Positions 28,063 to 33,991 of a DNA stretch of 33,991 nucleotides are shown piece by piece. A model generated the notes under the pieces. That model searched no databases, was not told the origin of the DNA, and saw nothing but the letters and a program-made list of their open reading frames with translations. Positions within the stretch are counted from its first letter, which is position 1, and every line of letters starts with the position of its first letter. Location: positions 1-33,991 of the forward strand of contig CANQRJ010000001.1 in NCBI GenBank assembly GCA_947626215.1, given 5' to 3'. A program made the position numbers and the translations under genes. Source of the DNA: an uncultured Bacilli bacterium (GTDB lineage: Bacteria; Bacillota_I; Bacilli_A; RF39; UBA660).

Positions 28063-28271
28063 GTTGTTATGTTTCATTAGTTAAAATTATCAATTTTAGT
28101 TACTTAAGGTGCGTCACCTACTTCTTTTTTATCATAAACTTTTGAGAATTTTTGGCGATTTTTATCATTTTTTGAGTTTTTAAGAAAAACAAAATATTAC
28201 GTTTTTCCCCTATTTTATGGGCTTTTTTAGGTTGTTACTTAAGAATACATCAGTATTTACTGATATTTACT

Positions 28272-28283
28272 AAGTAACTATTC
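28272..28283 (+). repeat. Copy 2 of the motif (AAGTAACTATTC)
   Basis: It lies 3 nt beyond the stop of the recombinase relic. Confidence 0.7.
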
Positions 28284-28286
28284 GAT

Positions 28287-28680
28287 TTAATATAACCTAA
28301 TTTTTTTAGGTTCTCCTAACCCAAACTTAAAGGACAACTTTAATGTATGATCTTTATAAACAATAATTTTATCTATTAGTTCTCGAATAACATTGTTCAC
28401 ACATTCATATTATTTATAAATGCCATTATATTTTTCAAGCAAATATATTTTTATACTTTCCATATTTTTTGATTCTTCAAGTTTTTTTAATAATATTTCC
28501 GATTTTTCTTTTAACTCAGTTTCTTTTTCTTTCATTAACATAAATTCATCTAAACTAATTTCTTCAAATGTTTTTTTAAATATAGATTTCTAATATTAGT
28601 ATTATGCAATTTAATATCTTCTTTTAAATTTGTAATTTTCACATTATTCTTTCATTATTTAATATATCTTTTGTTGCAAT
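28287..28680 (-). pseudogene. Degraded C-terminal fragment of a (large) serine recombinase
   Basis: Minus-strand translation gives IATKDILNNE, then a coiled-coil KTFEEISLDEFMLMKEKETELKEKSEILLKKLEE...YK*YECVNNVIRELIDKIIVYKDHTLKLSFKFGLGE. This resembles recombinase C-terminal tails. It is interrupted by stops and frameshifts, and no catalytic N-terminal domain is present. Confidence 0.45.
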
Positions 28681-28696
28681 GGAAACAATATCATAT

Positions 28697-28915
28697 TTAT
28701 CGACATATATCCGTTTTTGTGGTTTTGCCATCAGATCCATGTTCTACTATTGATCCCTTTCCAGTATCTGTATTAATGTTAATATGAATAGTTGAATGAT
28801 CTTTTTCAGATGGATTTTTATCATATACTGAATATGATGCATTACTTTCGTTCCCTGTCATTTTTGAATAATGACCATCATCGTGTTTGTAACCATACTT
28901 ATCTTTTTCACTCAT
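28697..28915 (-). CDS. Hypothetical small hydrophilic protein (72 aa, His/Asp/Lys/Gly/Thr-rich)
   Basis: ORF only. Its ATG directly abuts the TAA of the upstream ORF in the same frame. No family recognised. Confidence 0.35.
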   Translation of the reverse strand: MSEKDKYGYKHDDGHYSKMTGNESNASYSVYDKNPSEKDHSTIHININTDTGKGSIVEHGSDGKTTKTDICR

Positions 28916-29236
28916 TTATAATTTTCCCTCTTTGACTTTTTGCTCTAACATAAATTCAAACGCATAAAATTCATTACTAATGTGATCAGTTAGTTCAGAA
29001 AATGTATTATCTATATTTAGTTGATAAATAATTTTTGATATCATTTTAACTTTTTCCAAATCTATTTTTTCCTCAAGTTTCATTTTTAGTTCAACAATAC
29101 AATTTTCTAAAAAAACGATATCAACATGCTCTAAATTATATTTATTTGTTTTTTTTATTAAAGCAATATCATTAATTATATTTTCTAAATGCTCTAACAC
29201 ATCATTACCTTCTTTCTTAAAGAATATTATATACAT
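28916..29236 (-). CDS. Hypothetical helical protein (106 aa)
   Basis: ORF only. All-helical and acidic. Immediately followed by the 72-aa ORF (TAA-ATG). Confidence 0.35.
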   Translation of the reverse strand: MYIIFFKKEGNDVLEHLENIINDIALIKKTNKYNLEHVDIVFLENCIVELKMKLEEKIDLEKVKMISKIIYQLNIDNTFSELTDHISNEFYAFEFMLEQKVKEGKL

Positions 29237-29297
29237 AAAATTTACTCATATAAACATAAATTCGATTTTATACTATATTTTTAATTATCACCTTTAA

Positions 29298-29310
29298 AAT
29301 AGTTACACTT
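29298..29310 (-). repeat. Copy 3 of the motif, inverted (AATAGTTACACTT on the plus strand)
   Basis: Exact inverted match to 27883-27895. Confidence 0.8.
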
Positions 29311-29316
29311 GTAGTT

Positions 29317-29343
29317 TTCATTTGTTATAACATAACAAATGAA
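29317..29343. promoter_or_regulatory. Perfect 12-bp inverted repeat (candidate operator or hairpin)
   Basis: TTCATTTGTTAT-aac-ATAACAAATGAA, about 80 nt upstream of the 106-aa ORF start and downstream of the Fic-like gene. It is followed by TTTTTCTTT on the plus strand. Confidence 0.4.
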
Positions 29344-29454
29344 TTTTTCTTTAACTTTCTAAATAGTTATAACATTTAATATTACCTACATAAGTTTCCT
29401 TTTTAAATAATCTTAAACAAAAATATGTGCATCTTTTTTCACCTCATATAATAT

Positions 29455-30132
29455 TTATTTTTTATTATTTAAGTCAATACCATCAATGCTAGTTTTATAA
29501 ATCCATTCTTTTAAATCAGAATTATTTCCTGTTTCATAAAACTTAATTAATTTTTCAAAAAAAGTTGGTTGATTTTCTTGAGAAATTGTTATGATTCCAC
29601 AACCATGATCAATCATTATTTTATTTGCAAATAGCATAGCAACTCTTTTGTTGCCATCAATAAACATTTGTTTTCTCATAATTCATAGCATGATCTCAAT
29701 AGCTACTTCAGTTTTAGTTTTTTCCTGTTGATTTAATAATTCTTGTAGTTCTTCTTTAATTTGACTTTCAATTGGAAACATTGGTTTCCATGAAGTTCCA
29801 CCAATATTTACAGGTGTGCTTCTTAATTTTCCTAAATTTTGTTCTAACACTAACTTATCACAAGTTAATTTGTGTAAATGACATAATAGCTTAAAATCAT
29901 AATCAATGCTTTCATTTTCTAATATAAATTGCCAAGAGTATTTTAAATTGTTGATGGCAATTATTTTATCAACAGTTAGTCCATTTACAATACCACCATC
30001 ATATATAGCTTGTATTTCTGAGCATGTAACATCAATACCTTCTAAATTAGCACTTTTCCAAATATAATCTACAATATTTCTTTTTGCTATAAATATGTTT
30101 TGTTCTCTTGTTAGATTAAATTTATTTTTCAT
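29455..30132 (-). pseudogene. Fic/Doc-family gene interrupted by an in-frame TGA, with a degenerate active-site motif
   Basis: Two same-frame ORFs separated by TGA (29683-29685): ...TEVAIEIML*IMRKQMFIDGNKRVAMLFANKIMIDHG. QMFIDGNKR aligns to the Doc-type HxFxD[GA]NKR motif with His replaced by Gln. The likely start is ATG 30132 (MKNKFNL) behind AAGGA. Confidence 0.6.
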
Positions 30133-30374
30133 AATAATTTTTCCTTTTACTATATGATAAGATAATAACAAATTGTTCTATTATGTCTTTCATATGAATT
30201 AAAATTTCTTATAATATAAATATAACACTTTTTAAATCATTTTGTAACTTTTTGGTTTTACTGAAAAATGTTGACATATTTTTTAGTATTTTAATAAATA
30301 ATGTAGATTTTGTCTACACTTTTTAGTTAGTTTTAAATTTTTATTTTTTTCATATACTTTTTTAGGTGAAGCTT

Positions 30375-31145
30375 ATGTCCTTTCAGGTTGGAGACTTAGT
30401 CACTCGAATTAAATATAATCATGATGTTGTTTTTAAAATTCTTTCCATTAAAGGAGAAGTTGCTTATTTAAAAGGGATTCAAGTACGGCTTTATGCGGAT
30501 GCTCCTTTAGAAGATTTGGTTCTTTATCAAAATGAGGAAAGAGAAGAAGAAGAGGATTCTTTAGAAATGTTTTCTGGAGATCGAGGAGACTTTTTTTACT
30601 TACCTGGGAAGGTATTACATATTGATGCCGATGAGGAATATTTAAGTCGATGTATGAAATTTTATCAAAAACATAAAGTTATGGCAATTGGTAAAAAAAT
30701 TCCAGAAAGTGATGTTGCTAAAAATATTCAAAATTTACTCAGAGAATATCAACCTGATATTGTAATTATTACGGGTCATGATGCTTATTATCCTAAAAAA
30801 GGAAGTAAAAGTGATAGTAAGAATTATAAGAATACTGAAAATTTTGTAAAAGCCGTGAAAGAAGCTCGTAAGTTTGAAAAAAGCCATGAAAAATTAGTCA
30901 TTATCGCCGGTGCTTGCCAAAGCAATTATGAAGAATTGATTCGGGCCGGTGCTAATTTTGCAAGTTCTCCAAAAAGAGTGAATATTCATGCTTTAGATCC
31001 TGCTATCATCGCGACCGTGGTTGCTATGACTGAGAGAAATAAACAGATTGATTTGGTGTCTTTATTATCGAAAACAAAGTATGGAGCGAATGGAATGGGC
31101 GGGATTATTAGTAATGGTATGATGTATGTAGGCTTCCCTAGGTGA
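30375..31145 (+). CDS. yabG: Sporulation-specific protease YabG (peptidase U57)
   Basis: MSFQVGDLVTRIKYNHDVVFKILSI parallels B. subtilis YabG MQFQIGDMVARK... It also has ITGHDA and GACQS motifs. AGGTGA is the SD for ATG 30375, and the track's GTG 30366 lies inside that SD. Confidence 0.88.
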   Translation: MSFQVGDLVTRIKYNHDVVFKILSIKGEVAYLKGIQVRLYADAPLEDLVLYQNEEREEEEDSLEMFSGDRGDFFYLPGKVLHIDADEEYLSRCMKFYQKHKVMAIGKKIPESDVAKNIQNLLREYQPDIVIITGHDAYYPKKGSKSDSKNYKNTENFVKAVKEARKFEKSHEKLVIIAGACQSNYEELIRAGANFASSPKRVNIHALDPAIIATVVAMTERNKQIDLVSLLSKTKYGANGMGGIISNGMMYVGFPR

Positions 31146-31153
31146 GGAGGATT

Positions 31154-31366
31154 ATGAATTTAGATATCATTCGTGAAAAAATGAAGTCTTATTTAGATAA
31201 AGAAGTGTCTGTTGAAGTTTATGGAATGCGTAATAAAAATTTTCAATATTATGGGAAAGTTTCGGGAGTTTATCCTTATGTTTTTACGGTTTTAGTGAAT
31301 GGTGTTGAAAAAAGTTTTAACTACGCAGACGTGATTATTGGCGATGTTGTAGTAAAACTTGCGTAA
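31154..31366 (+). CDS. veg: Veg (biofilm/sporulation-associated small protein, DUF1021)
   Basis: 70 aa. The GVYPYVFTV core is typical of Veg. AGGAGG lies 4 nt before ATG 31154 (the track GTG 31142 is inside the SD). It follows yabG as in Bacillus. Confidence 0.85.
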   Translation: MNLDIIREKMKSYLDKEVSVEVYGMRNKNFQYYGKVSGVYPYVFTVLVNGVEKSFNYADVIIGDVVVKLA

Positions 31367-31437
31367 AAGACTTGAAAAGTTTAAAATGTTGGGTTAAAAT
31401 ATATGTATAAGTTAGGTTTAACTTTAGGAGGAGTTAT

Positions 31438-31701
31438 ATGAAGATTACATCTGTAAGTGTTCGTAAGATTACGAAAGAAAATTCAAGATTGAGAGGAATT
31501 GCATCTGTTCTATTAGATGATGCTTTTGCAATTCATGACATCAGAATTATTGAAGGAGACAATGGTTTATTCATTGCTATGCCTAGTAGAAAGACTGCAA
31601 CTGGAGAATATAAAGATGTTTGTCATCCAATTAATCCAGAAGTAAGAAATGATTTTACAGAGGCTATTTTAGAAGAATATAATAAAATATCTGAAGAGTA
31701 A
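31438..31701 (+). CDS. spoVG: Septation/sporulation regulator SpoVG
   Basis: 87 aa. MKITSVSVRKI...LRGIASVLLDDAFAIHDIRIIEGDNGLFIAMPSRK is the canonical SpoVG N-terminal domain. SD AGGAGG. Confidence 0.95.
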   Translation: MKITSVSVRKITKENSRLRGIASVLLDDAFAIHDIRIIEGDNGLFIAMPSRKTATGEYKDVCHPINPEVRNDFTEAILEEYNKISEE

Positions 31702-31703
31702 AA

Positions 31704-31731
31704 GTTCTAGTTTTATCTAGAATTTTTTTTT
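31704..31731 (+). terminator. Rho-independent terminator after spoVG
   Basis: GTTCTAG-ttttat-CTAGAAT stem followed by a T9 run. Confidence 0.7.
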
Positions 31732-31747
31732 GATTAAAAATTCTTAT

Positions 31748-31792
31748 TTATCGACAAAAATTAGGCTATTTGTTCTTTATTTTTGTCGATAA
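31748..31792. repeat. Perfect 14-bp inverted repeat with 17-nt spacer
   Basis: TTATCGACAAAAAT (31748-31761) and ATTTTTGTCGATAA (31779-31792). TTGACT and a T7 run lie just downstream. It is immediately 5' of the ATPase gene. Confidence 0.9.
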
Positions 31793-31837
31793 CTTGACTT
31801 TTTTTCTGAATTCATGTATGATTTTATTGGTGATACT

Positions 31838-33070
31838 ATGAATAAAGTTTATAAAAGAGAAATATATTTAAAGAAAATTCGTGGTTTTTATCATGATTCT
31901 GAAATGATTAAAGTGATTACAGGAATTAAAAGATGTGGCAAGTCTAGCCTATTAGAATCTATTATACAGGAATTACTTGATAATGGAGTGAAAGAAAAGG
32001 ATATTATAGATATTAAATTAGATGCGAATCCATATAAAAGTGTTAAATTACCTTTAGAATTACAAGCAACTATTGATGAAAAAATCAAAGATAAGAGCTT
32101 TAAATATTTATTTTTGGATGAAGTAGAAAATGTAAAGGGTTTTGAAGAGGTTATAGAATCTTATCGGATAGAAGGAAATATGTCTATTTTTATTACAGGC
32201 TCTAATTCATATTTATTATCTGGGGAACTTGTCACTAAATTAACTGGTCGAAAAATTGAAATTGAAATGTTTCCTTTAAATTTTTATGAATATATTGAAA
32301 TGAAAAAATTTTTTCATAAAGAGATTCATGATAATATTTATTTGGAATTTGAACAATTTGTAAGAAATGGAGGATTTCCTGGAGCTTTAAAATACGATCA
32401 AATTGAAGATCAAAAAAGATATACTCAAAACATTTTAAATGATATTTTTGTAAAAGATATTAAACGTAATGAAAAAATTAAAAATCCGGATATTTTTCAA
32501 CTTGTTCAAACTTTTGTTATTAATAATTTTGGCTCTAGGATTTCCGCCGGTAGTATTCGTAAATATTATGAATCTCAAAATCAAAAAATTGATACTAGAA
32601 CGATTTATCGTTATTTGAATGTCTTAGAAAATGCAAAAATCATATATCCTTGTGAAATGTTTGATTTGAAATCTAAAAAGGTTTTGAAAGGTGAAAAAAA
32701 ATATTATTTGGCTGATTTGAGTATTTATTTTGCTTTTCAAACTGATCAAAGAATAAATTATGGACCTGTTTTGGAAAATATTCTTTATAATTATTTGGTA
32801 AGTAAAGATTATGATTTAAGTGTTGGTAAAATTGGAAATTTAGAATGTGATTTTATTGCTAGAAAAGGTTCTCTTGATTATTATTACATACAGGTTTCTA
32901 AAAATATTGATGATGAAAAAACTAATGAAAGAGAATATAAACCTTTTTATATGATAAAAGATTTGTATCCTAGATATTTGTTTTTGCTTGATATGGTTTT
33001 ACAAGATAATATTAATGGGATTCACAATGTGAATATAGTCGATTTTATTTATCAGAATAAAGATTTATAA
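31838..33070 (+). CDS. AAA-family ATPase with DUF4143-type C-terminal domain
   Basis: Walker A GIKRCGKSS, Walker B YLFLDEVE, and a C-terminal ECDFIARKG...YYIQVS nuclease-fold-like segment. The probable start is ATG 31838 (MNKVYKREIYL) behind GGTGA. The track starts at 31814. Confidence 0.75.
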   Translation: MNKVYKREIYLKKIRGFYHDSEMIKVITGIKRCGKSSLLESIIQELLDNGVKEKDIIDIKLDANPYKSVKLPLELQATIDEKIKDKSFKYLFLDEVENVKGFEEVIESYRIEGNMSIFITGSNSYLLSGELVTKLTGRKIEIEMFPLNFYEYIEMKKFFHKEIHDNIYLEFEQFVRNGGFPGALKYDQIEDQKRYTQNILNDIFVKDIKRNEKIKNPDIFQLVQTFVINNFGSRISAGSIRKYYESQNQKIDTRTIYRYLNVLENAKIIYPCEMFDLKSKKVLKGEKKYYLADLSIYFAFQTDQRINYGPVLENILYNYLVSKDYDLSVGKIGNLECDFIARKGSLDYYYIQVSKNIDDEKTNEREYKPFYMIKDLYPRYLFLLDMVLQDNINGIHNVNIVDFIYQNKDL

Positions 33071-33126
33071 TGTTTTAAGATGTATTATTTTTTAATTTTT
33101 TACATATAATTTGTTAGGTGAAAAAA

Positions 33127-33420
33127 ATGGAACAGGCAAATATTGAATTAATTCCAAGTAATCATGAAGTAAAGATTATTGATCGTAGAGAGATTCATTT
33201 AACGGGTGTTAAAAAAATTACTAGTTTTGATCATGAAGAGTTTTTATTGGAAACTACGATGGGTGTTTTGTTATTAAAGGGTAGTGGACTTGAAATATTA
33301 AGACTTGATACCCATGATGGAAATGTTCGTATTAAGGGGAAGATTAACAGTTATCAATATTTAGAAAATGGGAAAGGAAAATCTAAGGAAGAAACTTTCT
33401 TAGCTAAATTGTTTAAATAA
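33127..33420 (+). CDS. yabP: Sporulation protein YabP
   Basis: HEVKIIDRREIHLTGVKKITSFDHEEFLLETTMGVLLLKGSGLEI matches the YabP family. AGGTGA is the SD for ATG 33127 (the track GTG 33118 lies in the SD). Confidence 0.85.
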   Translation: MEQANIELIPSNHEVKIIDRREIHLTGVKKITSFDHEEFLLETTMGVLLLKGSGLEILRLDTHDGNVRIKGKINSYQYLENGKGKSKEETFLAKLFK

Positions 33421-33734
33421 TGGATGAAATCACTCAGTTAATTTCTTTTTTTGTTTCTTTTCTTTTTGGAATGGGATTTCATTTTTTTTCTGATTATCAT
33501 TTTAAAATCATTTCAAAATATTCTATGTGGTTTCAGTATTTGATTACTTTTCTTTTTATTATAGATACGGTGCTAAGTTATATTTTACTTATGTATCACG
33601 TAAATTATGGAGTTTTTCATGTTTATTTTTTAGCTTTTGTTTTTTTGGGCTTTTTTATGTTTTCATTTTTACAAAAAAATATTAAATTGAAAACTTTTTT
33701 TCAAAACCAAATTACGAAGATATTTCATCGATGA
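33420..33734 (+). CDS. yabQ: Spore cortex biosynthesis membrane protein YabQ
   Basis: 104 aa with 3-4 TM segments. TAATG overlap with yabP, in the conserved yabP-yabQ pairing. Confidence 0.75.
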   Translation: MDEITQLISFFVSFLFGMGFHFFSDYHFKIISKYSMWFQYLITFLFIIDTVLSYILLMYHVNYGVFHVYFLAFVFLGFFMFSFLQKNIKLKTFFQNQITKIFHR

Positions 33735-33914
33735 TATAATCCTGAATGTTTATCATATAAAATATTCTATTTTTGTTACGAAAATATTGTAAATCTACAT
33801 TAGAGATAAAAAATCAGAATTAATATTAGGTACGTCTAATAAAATGGCTTCAACGTTATCATTTATAAAGTTTTACGATTATAACTGTCAAAGATTGGTC
33901 TAAATCCATGTTTA

Positions 33915-33930
33915 AAGTAACTATTCAGAC
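33915..33930 (+). repeat. Copy 4 of the motif (AAGTAACTATTCAGAC)
   Basis: It lies in the non-coding stretch after yabQ, outside the island. Confidence 0.8.
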
Positions 33931-33991
33931 ATAAAAAGATAGAAAAAGTAAAAACTATCTTTTTTTCATGTGAATAAGTAAAGAAATTTGC

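Noticed and set aside
29680-29685. TGA in the Fic-like gene as Trp (genetic code 4) or selenocysteine
   Set aside because: TGA clearly terminates several conserved genes here (holB at 3717-3719, the methyltransferase at 5215-5217, pth at 5784-5786). No SECIS-like hairpin follows. A pseudogene or sequencing error is more parsimonious.
30340-30365. Sigma-K-type -10 element (CATATACTT) upstream of yabG
   Set aside because: It matches CATAnnnTA only approximately, and no convincing AC -35 element lies at the right spacing. The idea comes from Bacillus regulation, not from the sequence.
31794-31822. TTGACT-17-TATGAT promoter for the ATPase gene
   Set aside because: The hexamers and spacing are good, but the predicted TSS would fall at or within the GGTGA SD of the preferred start at 31838. 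The promoter call and start-codon choice conflict, so neither is resolved.
31891-32088. 65-aa antisense ORF inside the DUF4143 ATPase gene
   Set aside because: It is nested antisense to a CDS with clear Walker motifs and has no independent support.
33735-33991. Possible gene or RNA in the 257-nt tail after yabQ
   Set aside because: No ORF with an RBS and no tRNA-like structure was seen. There is only a weak hairpin (AGATAG-N15-CTATCT followed by T7) and one copy of the recurring motif. The window ends before the context is clear.

Overview
Low-GC (roughly 28-30% by eye) Firmicute chromosome segment. bofA, spoVT, yabG, spoVG, yabP and yabQ point to an endospore-forming lineage. TGA is an ordinary stop codon here. 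Positions 1-13511 (+ strand) hold origin-proximal core genes: dnaX, ybaB, recR, bofA-like, holB, ricT/yaaT, a TrmN6-like methyltransferase, pth, mfd, spoVT, a Met T-box leader, metG, tatD, a 3D-domain protein and rsmA(ksgA). Positions 30375-33734 hold yabG, veg, spoVG, an AAA/DUF4143 ATPase, yabP and yabQ. rsmA and yabG are neighbours in Bacillus subtilis, but here about 16.9 kb of accessory DNA separates them. (i) Positions 13620-27030 carry a compact type VIIb secretion operon. It has a fused double-WXG100 gene, essC, a YukD/EsaB-like gene, two WXG100-like genes and a helical adaptor-like gene. These are followed by a 2038-aa multi-domain putative substrate with seven near-identical 66-bp in-frame repeats, an unannotated coupled 52-aa ORF and a DUF4176 gene. 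No EssA, EssB or EsaA candidates are present in the locus. (ii) Positions 27040-30171 form a decayed minus-strand patchwork. It contains a 2-TM protein, a serine-recombinase relic, a ParA-like relic, a small gene pair, a Fic/Doc gene broken by an in-frame TGA, and a recurring AAGT(G)TAACTATTC motif. No rRNA, tRNA or CRISPR was seen. All family calls rest on motif recognition by eye, with no searches run.
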